Source: Auanema rhodensis
Lineage: Eukaryota; Animalia; Nematoda
Direction of reading: 5' to 3'
NCBI GenBank assembly: GCA_964057225.1
Contig: OZ059900.1
Location: forward strand, 7,068,001 to 7,132,000
DNA length: 64,000 nt
Shown one piece after another: positions 1 to 15,353 of the stretch (position 1 is the first letter of the stretch; every line of letters starts with the position of its first letter). The notes under the pieces are model-generated. The model was not told the DNA's origin, searched no databases, and worked only from the letters and a program-made list of their open reading frames with translations. A program made the position numbers and the translations under genes.

Positions 1-3000
1 TATCTTTTTGTATTCAACTCATGATTTAACTTATTAAAATCAAACGCTTGCTATAAAAAAATTTGATGAATCATATAAGAATTTATAAATCAATAGCTAA
101 ACGAGAAGTTTATTATCATTTTCAGTCAAAATCTAATGAAAAAAGGGTATAAATAAAATATATACTATATGTATCAAGCTAAATGAAAACGTAGCCCAGG
201 TGATAAAACGATTGATATCATCTGCTTTATATAAAATAATTTCAATCAATTACTTGTACGTAAAAAAAAACGAATTTTGACTTAGATATAGTTCATGTAT
301 AAGTAGGCAGCGTCAAAAAAACATTTGAATGCATTGGACTATTCAATAATTAATGCAATGAATCAGTTGATTGCTTCACAAATAAAACAGAAAAACGGAT
401 CTTTCATGCTCTTCTATCGTTAGGATAAGCGAAAATGACTATGAGAATGGAAAAATAAATCATGAAAAGGGAAAGTATTGGAATAATGACAGTTTGTAGT
501 TTTTTTGGTTTGAATTCCACATTATAATAATATTCTAAAATTGTTGATCAATAAAATTTTTGAGAGAAATTGAGCTCAGGCTTGCAACATCAGCAATTTA
601 TCCAAACAAAAAATTATTCTAATTAAATTGCAACTAAACTTGAATTGAATAGCTAATGCCTATTTTAAAATAGTTCAATGAATATAGTCTTCAAAAAAAG
701 AATATAAAGTGAGAATTCGAAAGGAGGGATTTGAATCACGATTGAGTGAAAGTTTGATCAGATTACAAAAGAGAATGCTCGAAATTTCTCAACATAAGAA
801 CAAAAAAATGTTTTAAAATACTAAAAAATGATTATTTATTAAATTATGAACATCTTCTGATCAATTTCAAAAAAACAGATACAAAAAAATTTGAAACGCT
901 TTAGTTTGTAGAAAGTTCGAATAGATAAATGTGATTGTTAATGGTGTAGGCGAGGAAAATGAAATTGACAGCTGCTTATCACGTGCGAACCATACATCAA
1001 ACGACACCAAAGTTAATTCATCTCATTAGAATTGTTCGAAATTAAACAAAATTGAATTAATACGAGAAACTCTGTTCATTCTAGTCTGAGTGAATCCAAA
1101 AGATGTTCGGATAGCAAAAAATTTTTAAACATGACCAATGAAGTCGAAATGAACAAGTGAAGATGTTGGAGAAAAAAATTGATAGAACTGATAAAAGAAA
1201 CCAATATATATGTCAAATATTGAAATAATCTGTTCATATAAACAATATTTTGAAATATTGATTGTTGCGCAAACAAAATTGAAAAGAAGCACAAGTTCTC
1301 ATTATGCTCATGTTTCCATTTTTGTTCAACAGTTTGGAAAATAGAATGCAAAAATAGAAAAAAACTCACGTAAGAAAGATAAATAGAGTCAGAGCAAAAA
1401 GAGATATATGAGAAGAGAGGTCAATTTTGGAGCGAAACTGTTGAATATTCCCCAACTGTCTTGATGTTTTTAATTCACCCGGCAAATGCTTTATATGTCT
1501 CCATGAAAACCTTTGTTCCTTCTTTCATCTATTTTTATCTCTCTATCTCTTTCTCGCACCCTTTAATTGTCCTCTGTCTGTTTCTTTTCCATACAACTCA
1601 CTGTTTTGGTCATGTACTGCAATTCGACAAGACAGCCACTTGAAATCAAATATCTGGAGAAAAAATCAAAAACTCAAGAGAACATGTAACCATCAATAGT
1701 TGATCTAAATCTGTTGACATACGTGTATGTTTAGGTGTCTCTATATATGTAACTAAAATTTTTGAATAGCGTTTTCTATATATTGACCCAGGTACATATA
1801 GGAAGCATATATTTCATTGTTTATCGTGTTCAGTGGCGAAAAAAAAAGAAAATATTACATATATGCGCACCATTCTAATTTTGAAAAGAGGACAGATAGA
1901 GTAGAGATGATCGTGAAATCGATTTGAAGACAAATAGCACATGCAAAAAATGAGAAAAAAACAGATAAATTGAAAGGTACACAACGGCAACGCCTTTTTT
2001 TATTTGAAGCAGACCAATTGAGGAAGATTTTTTCAAAAAAATTGAGAAAGCAAACAATAGTTAAATCTGTGTTGAGCTTAATAGCTGTTTTGCAGACATG
2101 TACGATCATGTAGTAATCGATCGAGCAAGTTTTCTTTATTGAACTTTGAGAAAAAACTGCTTTTGCATTCATATAATGACTGATAATTGTCTAGATTACG
2201 TCTATAGTTGCCAATCTCGTATGCCTTATCAGTTTATTGAAAAATTGCGAGAAAACTAAAATGAAAAAAAGGAAAAAAAATAAATGAACGAAAACAGATA
2301 GGATAATTAAGATATAATAATGAAGAGAGAGAGTATTAGTGTATGTATATAAACAAATAAAAAATTATTTTAATCACTAGTTAAGAAGAAAAACTATAAT
2401 CTTCGAAAAATGCAACAGGATCACACTTGCGGGTTCGTACTTTGCTTGTAAAATGAAATATCTTTATGACTTATATTTAAGTGTTGGTTGTTAGCTGCGT
2501 ACAATTAGAGTGCAAATAAAAATAAGTATCAAACATGAAAAACAAGCAATGAATAGCATTTGCGGTAAAAAAAACTAATGAAGACTGATCAATGGTGAGT
2601 GTAGTTTGATACAAACCTTGAGATGAACTAAAAACTATACAAACAATTGTGTGTAACCCGATTTAACATCAGAAGAAAAATGAAAGCAGCGCTTGTGAAA
2701 ACACAAAAACGGACAAAAAAAACGAGTGGAAGAGGGTGTGTGGTTACCTCCTTACAAAGAATTCAAGGTATTTCATTGAATAAATACACTGGCTAGATTG
2801 AGTATTGGCTTCATGAGTTACTACACTTCAACAAAGAAGCACATAAACACTCATACATATATTTTGTGTTTTTTATTCGATAATAGACGTGAAACCTGAT
2901 TTCATTGAAACGCATTGTAAAAGTTATTAATTATATCGGTGAGTAGTTGAGTAATTGCAAAAGATATGTTCGTACAAGCAAGTACTATAAATTCGATCTA

Positions 3001-4348
3001 ATGAAGTTAACGAAGAAGATTTTATTGCGAGGACTTTTAAGCGGAAATCTGTTGAATTTGCTTTTAGTTGAGTAATATATCTTGAAATCCAAAAGCTAAG
3101 AGATATTATTTAAAATGTTCTGATTCAAACACACTAAGATGCAGTGGATAGCCATTTGGTAAGGACAGTGTACGCGATCTAGGGAAATTGTTACACAAAC
3201 GGTTTGGCAGAGACAGAAGCAGAAACAATATAGTAATAAATAAATATAGCTTTCAGAGTCAATAATTTGTTGTTCTAATTTTTAAATTAAATATGATTTA
3301 AGAATACAAATCAAAATTCATATTTTAAAACCTATGAGATTTGAACAAAATTCAAAAGATGACTTAATGTTAAAAATGAAAAAATAATCTCTAAATGTTG
3401 TCAATATTTAATATTAAATAACATAACTAAAATATTATTTTTCGAATAAAATTTTCATAATAAATGAGATACTCATTAAAATATTCGATAAGGTTAAATG
3501 AATCAAAGACGCAATGAACTAAAAGTTCTTGAAAAGCACGCCACCTGACCGCGCGTCAGTTGTTCTGTACAATATGTAGAACCAAATGACTATGAAACAG
3601 ATGATGCAAAATAAAATATCAATACTCAGCGCATACCCTTTATCAACATACCATTAAAAAACATTTTTTGAGTTTTGGGTTGTTCTAAAACTCAAGATTG
3701 ATGAGGCAGTATTGTGAAATAATCATAATAACTTTTCCATACATAAACAATTACTTTTTGAAAAAATTAAAGTTTAATAAATTAAGAATTTATTACGGTA
3801 CTGTTTTCTTCATGTTTTCCGGGAGTTTTTTTCGTTTTCAGAAAACAAATTTTTTCTGTTATAATTGCATCATGTGCTCCAATCATAAAGCTTTGCTCCA
3901 ATGCAAATCCCATTTTAATGATTCAAACAGAAAAGAGAATTTAATGAAAAGTTTTTTTTGAAAATATTCCATTTTGTTCAAAATTTTACAGAATATGTTT
4001 TTGAATTCCAAAGTATACACATCGACTTTATTATTCGAGTAACAGATATTCTGTGAATTTTGACTATTTTATTATTTGCACTTAAATTTTGTTTACAAAT
4101 ATATACTTCTGTTATTCTGAAATTATTTCAAGAAGTTAGCGAAGTTTTAAGCATATACACAGAACAATAAACATTCTTTCTGTTTGAATTAAAGCTTCGT
4201 AAAGGTTTTAGGTAGTGCCTATGTTTACTTTTTTTCAGTATGTATGTACTCATAAAGCAGATTTTTAGCTGTAATTTCAAATATAAGAATATATTTGCAG
4301 TTTTATCGGCGTTTTCTTTTATATAGTAGGCTAATCAATTAATTTAAA

Positions 4349-7300
4349 ATGTTGGTACCTGTCTGTTGTGAGCGTTTACCTGTTCGACTGGAAGTCAAAG
4401 TAATTTCAGCGAAAGGATTACCTATAATGAATAAGGTATAGAATGAAAAAAAACAATAATCAATGTGATTTTCAGTCTGTTAATTCAACAGATGGTTATG
4501 TAGATATCCGATATGGAGATTTTGAAGAAAAAACTGAGGTATTTTATCAGAATGGATGAGTTTTAACCTTTCTTCCATTCTTCAAGGTTGTGACAAGTTT
4601 AAATCCTGAGTGGAATGATACACAACATGTTCTTGATACTGATGAGAAAGAACTTACAGAACAACTTCTGCAATTCAGGTTGGTGTTTAAATCTTCTAAT
4701 CTAATTAATCTATTAAAATTTATGTTTCAGAATAATGGATTATGATACTTACACGGCTAATGATGCGATTGGTCGTGTAGACGTTGATTGCAGTATATTT
4801 GTAGAAAAAATGAGAATGAATAGCGAGGAAGCGTTTGAAGACACATGCACGATGCCTATTTACGACTCAATGAATGGTTTTAATTTGTTATTAATCGGGT
4901 ATAAACCTTTTTTTTCATTTAGGATTCTGTGGTGAACTGGTTTTTCAACTGAATATTCATCTTTTAATCAATTTTGATCATAGAAATTATGTTCAAATTT
5001 TCTCAGGTAAATTAAAACGTAATTTTCTGATTTCACTATTTTTCTGTATTTTTAGAATTTCAAGTTCCACCTGGTCATAAAGTTGTAGAGATTGGCGGAT
5101 TAGTCAATGATTTGCGTTGCGTTGTTGATCCAGATCATGAGTGGATTGATAGGTAATCTGTGTATAATAACACTGTTTGAAGAAGTTATTCCAATTCCCT
5201 AACTTTAGAATAAGATCAAATCGAGCAACAAATTCTGCTAGATTAACAGTTATTAGGGAAAGCTTACGATTGGCTGCTGTTGCTCTAGCTTCAAAAGTTG
5301 GGAAAATGGATTTCAATGCTATTGTTGGGTAAAAACTGTTAAATTTGTAAAAGCTGAGTTATGAGGTATTTTTTAGGTATAACGAATGCATTGATATTGA
5401 AGAACCAAGTTCCCATTTCATTACTGTTCGTGTTATTGGGACAGCTATACGAACTGCTCCTATAATGGAAAACATTCTACCATTTCTAGAAATGTCACCA
5501 TTTCCTATTTTCACTATAAGCGCTATTCCTATACTCAGGTTAACTTTGATTTCTTGCATTTTGTTAATAAATCAGGATTTGTAGTCAGTTGGGTATTGGA
5601 GCTGTAGTATCTGCAAAAGCTGTTCATATTCTAGACGATGATGATGAAGAACCGGAAGCTGTACGGAGAAGGTATGTGAATGATTTGTATGAATGCTGAA
5701 GGTAGTTTAGTTGGTGGAACGAGCTGCGCGTTGAATTGAACCAGCAGTCATTAAGCTTGGGATGTAATATTGTTATTGGGTATTCCGAACAATTATATGT
5801 GAATAATGGTCGTTAATCTCAAGCCTTATACTGATTTTGAAGTTTATTAATTTAGGGTTAGCATTTTTGAGTTGTTTCGGCACAGCTGTATTAGTTGACT
5901 TTGAAATGACTTCGCGTTTTCATTATGGACTATATCAAGTACGTTCAGGATCGACAGCTATAAGCGAAAAATCAAGTCTGTTCATCATTCATTTTTTTAT
6001 CATTATTCTCATTATAGTTGGAAAACTAATCACGAAACAGTTAAATAGTGAAATTCATTGTAGTACATTCCACACAACATTAGCCGACGGTGATAATACA
6101 GTAAAATCACCTCATTTAGCTAAATGTACAAAGTGCAAGTAAATAGTTACTTGATTATTAGTTGTTTCACTATTATTTCAGCGAATCTGTTTCGAATTTT
6201 ATTTTTTCTACAACAGAATGTCCTCCATCATGTTATATTCAAGGCAATAATAGTTTTATACAGGTGATTTCTTGCATATTTATTTTATAATAGTGAGTGA
6301 ATAGGTTTGTGTAGCTAAAAAGCTGAATGATTGCGATGATCGAGATGATACTGGACAAGAATTAAGCACTGTTTGTTTTTCAAAAATATTTTGTGTATGC
6401 ATTCAATCTTTAGGCTTTGCCTTTTTTGGATCATGAACTTTTTAGTCGTCTTATGGCTGAATCAAAAGTTATTAATCCTTCAGCTAACGCTATTTTTGAT
6501 ATACGTTTCACATATGCAATCAACGAGGAGTTAATTATTTGTGTAGCTACTGGTATTCTTGTTCGTCTTGTAATAATACCGGTATAATTTTCAATAGTTC
6601 ACCTTTAAACTTATATTTTTTGAAAGAATCCAATTCCAACGACTGCTCAGTCCCCACTTGGTTTAAGCGCTTTTCAAAAATATAACGATGCCCGCAGATT
6701 TTCTTGGAGTAGCGTACGAGACGCTATTCGTTTTCGAGGTCAAGTAACAACACCCGGTGTTTCTATACGCACAATCAATCTGTAAATTTAGATTAGAAAT
6801 TAGAAATATCTTGGTTTATAAACATTTGCAGCAATTCACTAAACAAGATTGATGATGTTGATAAAATTAAAAAAAATGCGTGGTCAGATATTTTAAGAAG
6901 GAGGCAAATGGAGAAAGAGAGATTAGGTCAGATGTTATTCGAGCGTCAACTTGGAGCTTATATTGGATACATAGATGTAAGATTAGCACAAAATGGAAAC
7001 ACGGTAGAGGTTTAATGCTATGCATATCAAATTAAGTATTTTCAGGTCGCTGGTATTCATATAGCACCCACAGTGTTTACGTTTTTAAAGCCAAAAGATG
7101 ATGCAGGTCCACGTCAGTATCTTGGACGATGGAGTGATCTCATCATTCGGTATATAGTGGTTTTGTATTATATATTGAATATTTTGCTTCATTTGTAGAG
7201 AAGACGATGTTAAAGATGTGAATGAAGCAGAATACTTTATTGCCAATACATTAGAAGGGCAGCTGAATAATATTCGACGTATATCAGCATCATATTCTGC

Positions 7301-7412
7301 TGAAGGCTATGCAGCAAATTTTCGAATCAATGTTTGCCAATTTTCGATAAGCAGCCAAAAAGCATACCTCATCCTCAATTCAACTTGCAGTCTTTATAAT
7401 TCAGACTTCTAA
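4349..7412 (+). CDS. C2CD5: C2 domain-containing protein 5-like (C2CD5/KIAA0528 family), multi-exon
   Basis: Spliced N-terminus reads MLVPVCCERLPVRLEVKVISAKGLPIMNK|SVNSTDGYVDIRYG...LNPEWN...LLQFR|IMDYDTYTANDAIGRVDVD, matching the C2CD5 C2 domain (LPVMDR...TDAFVEVKFG...LNPQWN...DHDTYSANDAIGKV). It is followed by family-typical DPDHEWIDRIR, NAIVGY and RRSWWNELR...GCNIVIGYSE segments. Many ~40-50 nt introns; stop TAA at 7410-7412. Confidence 0.88.
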
Positions 7413-10400
7413 CTTTGACTCCTTATAATCCATATTTTATTTGTAAATATAAATATAGTTAATAATTATTAATATTAATATTTAAGCTTTAATTAACGTT
7501 TACTATAGCAGGAACTATTAATATTCATTCGTATATGTATAAATCTTTCTCAGCATAACAAATTGATTTTAAAACATCAATTTACTTTTAATATCTACAC
7601 GACTTGTTGATATTTTTGTTATACTTATGAGCTAAAACTATTTCATTTGAAAAGAAAGCTCTTTGTTTTAAATCTCATATGCCTATTGTTATAATATACA
7701 TAATGAATAAAAATATTGCTATTGAGTAAAAAAGTTTAATGAATAGACGCTAAACTGATTAATGAATTGAATGTACTAACCATTATATTCCAGAAAAGAA
7801 TGGCAATGAGATTTTATAGAAGATATGTTTGTCTTTTAAAATGCAAACGACAAAATTATTCGGAGAAGGAAATGAAACTCTTGTATAATTCTTAGAAAGA
7901 ATTTCCTTGTTTCCTTTTTTCCTTCGCTTTTCTTTTCATTTCATTTTAGTGCCTGCTAATCCTGATAGCAGGCTCATATCCAGTAACGGTTATCATTATA
8001 TAGCATTTGACATAAATATAGAATACACACACTTATTATATGTATATATATACGTGTGCTCAATATAATACTGAACTACTTCTCTTTTTTGAAAAAATTT
8101 TGAAGAAAGATTCAGAAAAGTGTAATTGCCTTTACAAATTTCTTTTGCTACATTTAATATAAAATTTTATTCGCTTATGCTTTGTGTATTTTAAGTCTTC
8201 ATTTTACATATATAGGCTAATTCTATTCAATATAGCGTTATTTTATATCTCTCAATATCCTATATTATCCTTTCTTTCTGTTAAAAAAGTTGTTAATTTT
8301 CACAGATGATTGATTAGGCCGCCAGGACATTCTATCATCCGATTGAACACCCTGTTCTTTTGAAAAAACTAGCGAAGATGGCACACGCCGACAATTATTC
8401 GTTTTTTCAAGGTTTCAATTGAAAGTATCGAATGACCTCACAATCACAATTTGAATAATAATGATATTTAGATAGCGGTAAAAGCAAAGATTTGCTTTTC
8501 AATGATTTTCAAATCATTGACATATCTTCTTATAGTGTTAATCGCCTTTTTCTAATATACATTACTTTTGATTATCTAAGTCCTATTCAATATGTAAGAT
8601 TATCAAAGAAAAGAACTTCAAAGACTATTTCCCGCCGGATTTGAGCAGAAAAAATGATTCAAAAAGTGAAAGAACAGATTATTAATATATGTAAATGTAT
8701 TCATTATAGTATAACATATATTTTTTTATTCAATCTCCGACTAGAATATGGATTTTGAATATCTTTTTCAATAACTTTTTTCCGTGAATACATATTTTTT
8801 TCTAAAATCAGTATAACAATAGCCTGAAATTGAAAATCATCATATTTGATAGCTTTTTTGAAAACTGAGTGGGATTTGAATTAAGATACACGACAGATCT
8901 TTTCACTTTTTTTACTTCCAGTGATATTTTATCCGGAATGTTGAATTTGGCGTACGAGTAGGAGAAATAAAAACTTTTTGTTTCGCTTTTTTATACATTT
9001 TGAAATCCTTGTCACAGGTGCGCCTTTATTCGTCACATTTGTTTGGATGTACTTTCTGTTCTGAACTATTCTTTCAGTTTCTAACATTCAACTATGCCCT
9101 TAACAAGCTTCCGTATGTTTTCCAGACTTTTCATGAAAAGATTATTTGAAATGTTGATACGCTCCGCCACAAAGCCATATGTAAAAAATTGGAAAAGAAA
9201 AAAAGATGATTTTTCTTGAGAAACCAGCTGGTGTGAATGTATGTATGTATCGTGAGTGGGTATATGTGTAAGCTTTCTTTAATCGTATTCTCTCTAATTT
9301 TCTTGTTCTTTCTTGAGCTCTCTGTTCTTAAGATATTTGTGTCTTTTCACTATAACATCATCATTTTCATCATCCTCATTATTATAACCAATTGGCTATC
9401 TCGAGCTGTCAGTATGTGATGTTCATGTTCAACGGATTGTTGCGGTTATCGGATCTTCTTGAGATACAACAGCAAGTGTCCACTATTTTTTGTTCTCGTA
9501 GATATTTCTTGGGCTGCTCAAGTTTTCAAACATTTTAAACTTGGCGCAAAAATAATATTTTGTTAAAAAAAAGTAAATTTATTACTGCGTTAAGTTTAAA
9601 AGAGATTATCTGTAGTTTTCATGACACTTTACATATCTTTCATGTTTTATCAACCCAATTTAACGATAGAAACAGTGATAATTAGAATTACGCGATAAGA
9701 CAAGATGATTCAATAGTCTTTGTTTTATATAGCATTAGCATACTCTTCAAGATGCAATCTAATACACAACACCAATGCTCATTAAAGTTGTTCATTATCA
9801 TTTTCTCATCTAGTTCTTACAAATGAGAATAGGTCAATATTAATAAGAAAAGCTTCTTGTGACGACTGTTTTAATAATTTGCTATGATCATTTCATTTCA
9901 CTTTATCATGCCGTTATTGTATGTGGCCCATATTTTCCGAAAACGTTTTTATTCAGATAACCATATCATGGACAAAAAAAAAGAAAATAGAAATCATATA
10001 CATAGCTCTATATATAAAAATAATACGTTTTATCTATTGTTTTTATAAAGATTTTACAACAAATTTTCTGATATAAAGCGAAGGATATACCTTTTTGATT
10101 ACCTAAATCGTATAATTATTTCCATCAACTGAGTTATAATACGCGGATGCTTACCGAGCTGTAATGTTTGATTCTTTAAAATATGCTATAATCATACATG
10201 CGAGACAGCCCAAATAATGAAATTGTTGCTTTGTGTAGTTTGCTTTATATGTATATATATATTAGTTATACCTTATTTAGTCATAAAACTTATAATTTGA
10301 GCTAAAAAAGATAAATGAGTGAAGGAATAGTATATTAATATGATTGCTATATAGTAGATTAGTTACATTCGAAATGTATTATCTTTAGAAAATATTATTG

Positions 10401-13389
10401 TTTTAGAACGTTGATATATGATGTTCTCAGCTTATGTGTGTACTTGACCTCAAGGAAGTGTTCATTATTACTAACTAATGCTTATTTTAAGCGCTTTATT
10501 ATTATTCAACTATAACTACTTAGTATAGCTTTATATAGTTGTAAATAGTATATTTTTTCATAGAACCATCTCTATTTCCTAATCTTGAGCTTATTTCTCT
10601 CTGTATCTGTCCAGAAAAAAAAATAATTGCAAACTTTCGTAATCAAATTAATAAGTTGTAAAATGTATATGGACTGTCTGCTAAACGTCTAAGTTTACAA
10701 CTTGATACTATTTCTATCATCTTTTCTTTCTTCGTTAATGTTATAGTGTTCATTTCTGTTATGAATTGTCTAGCATTGTAAACGAATAGGTGTCTGTCAT
10801 GTATACAACAGAATGTAATCAGGTTAATGAATGATTGTTATATGATCATAATTAAAATCTGATTAGCAAATCTGCTACCTGTCTTGTCAGCAATATTCTT
10901 ATGTCTGTATATTGTTCTTATTAAAACAAAAGATACAATTTATGTGCAAACATCCTATTACCTAAAGCTTAATATCCATATTTTTGCTCTCATAATTTCA
11001 TTCAAATCCAGTGCGAAATGATTATTTGAAGCAATAACTGATGATTAGAACAAAAAATTTCACATGCCCTTATCACCCCATTTCCGCACGACGTTTAAAT
11101 GTTCAGACTACAACCTGGACAGAATATAAAGAAAAATAGGAAATAAAAATTATAAATATCTCATTTTTATACTTATTACTTCATGTCTGATATCAAGCAG
11201 CATAACAAAGTGTCTAATTGTTTAACTTGTTTCACGCTGAATAAATAAGTGAAATGATGTGTGGTTTGTTGTCATTTTGTCAATTAAGCTGCCATTTCTA
11301 TAATCTTATATGCATTTTACCTTGATATCTTCTTCAACAAAATAACGAAAGGTATTTCATTTGAAAATTTAATATTGAATGCAATTTGAACTATATTAAC
11401 ACCGTTTGGCTATCTTTAGTTTTTGTTTCTGTTGGAAATCATGATGTGCCAATATTGCTAGAACAATCTTACATTAAAAATGTTCTCACTCTTAGCATAA
11501 ACATGCGCAAACTTGAGTTTTCTTGGATTCTTTTCATTGAACTAGAGCAAAAAAACGAGAAAACATAATTTTTAGAATTCCAATAAGTCTAAAACCGATA
11601 AACATAAACCTTGTTTGAATTCCACATTTAATGCTTTTACCATCCTCAGAATACAAGACTGGATATGTTTATTTGAATGTATATATGTTCCTTGAATAGA
11701 ATGACAAAGTCATTAGTCTACGCATTTGTATTATCTCTTCTTTCATTGTAAATCTTCTGTCAGAGACGGAAGACATGATTTGGTTCTGACAGATATGAAA
11801 GAATTTCAAATGTCAGCCGTGCTTCGTCAATCTGTCCGTCAATATTTAAACCACAAGTCGTCATCATTCTCGTTGTTAAATGATAAACATGTTGAGGTGG
11901 GGGCAGGACAGAGGGGAGTATGACTTTAAGCTACCGGAGGCTATCCAGTGTATGATTTTCTATGCGTTAATCTCAATTTATCATAACTTATACATAACAA
12001 ATAGTAACTATTTCATATAATTATATAGATTTCATAATGGATCCATGTAATAATATAATCTCACTGTTGCTCTCTTTTTCATTATTTTATCTCTGTTAAG
12101 GAACATTTAAAATTAATTGGTGTACTAATGGAATATTTTACTATTTCATGGTTACATTTGATACAGAGCAAACTCAAAAGTCAAGCTCATGCAATAACTA
12201 TGAGTGTTTATCTTGTATCACAATATTCTGTTTTGTCTACTGTCAGCGCCTGAATTGTTCTTTTTCAAATTTACTTCAACTTGAAACCAAATGAAATGCT
12301 GCTTCATCAAAATAAAAGAGCAATTCTCCCTTCTTATCTGTGCTCAAACATTGCATTGCGGCATAAAATCAAAATAGCTCATAACAGTCCCCTATACATT
12401 ATCATTGTTGTATACTTATATTGATATATTTCAATATTTTATGAAATATTTATGATTATTGTTAATGTACATTTTCGTTTTGTTGGCCCTTTTTTTGAAC
12501 CAAGTTGCATATAACCCAACTAATAATATTGAGCAGTTTCAGATCTTCTTTCTAGCGATGTTACTCAAAACCCTTTGATATTGTTTTTTTCATTCTATGT
12601 GGATATTAAACATTAATTTCCAGAGTATTGATATTTGATATTCTCAGTGATCTGCCAATAGTTTTAATATGTTGAAACCTTTGATATTAGGCTTGTCATT
12701 TGATATCTTTTCAAAATTTACACCAGAAGTCAAAGTCTTAATCTCGTGTTTCCCAATATACCTAAGCAAATTTTCATCGGCATCTATTGGATATAAGATG
12801 AAGATGCGTACACCTTATGCATCTAGTATTACTTTCTTCTTATCTCTATTTCTAGTAAAAGCAGTGCTATACGATAGTCTATCTCAGCTCTAATACCCAT
12901 TTTCTCTTCATCATATCTAATATTTCTTCTATTTCTGTTGATCTATCCTACCTTCCTTAATCTCTTACAAACTTTACTTTAATAATCTGTTTGTCTTTAT
13001 TTATAACGTTATAACGTAACACATCTCTATGCTTTTAGATTGCCGTGCATCCTAATAGTTGGACCGACAGACCATCAAAAGCCACTCTTCTTTGGTTTAC
13101 TCCTCCCCTTTTCTTTTCAACACATCCATACAGACAGGCTAGCTCACTCTTTTAAGCTCCGCCCAACGTGACTTTCTCATCTCCACATATTAACTATTCA
13201 GTCACGCCTGTTGCCCTCTTGTAGACGCACGGAGTTCAAACTATATTCTGTTCACGATATATAGATATTACTCTACCTATATCGTACCTTCCAAATCATT
13301 TTCTTGATTGGTCTGCCGATTCGTCATATATCTGTCACTCACTTGGACGTTGTTCTTCTTGTTTTAATCTTAATACAAAGCAGCTAAAC

Positions 13390-15353
<1,964 letters not shown>

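Noticed and set aside
1-4300. Short ORFs at the start of the window
   Set aside because: No recognisable domains or consistent exon chain; probably intergenic or part of a gene outside the window.
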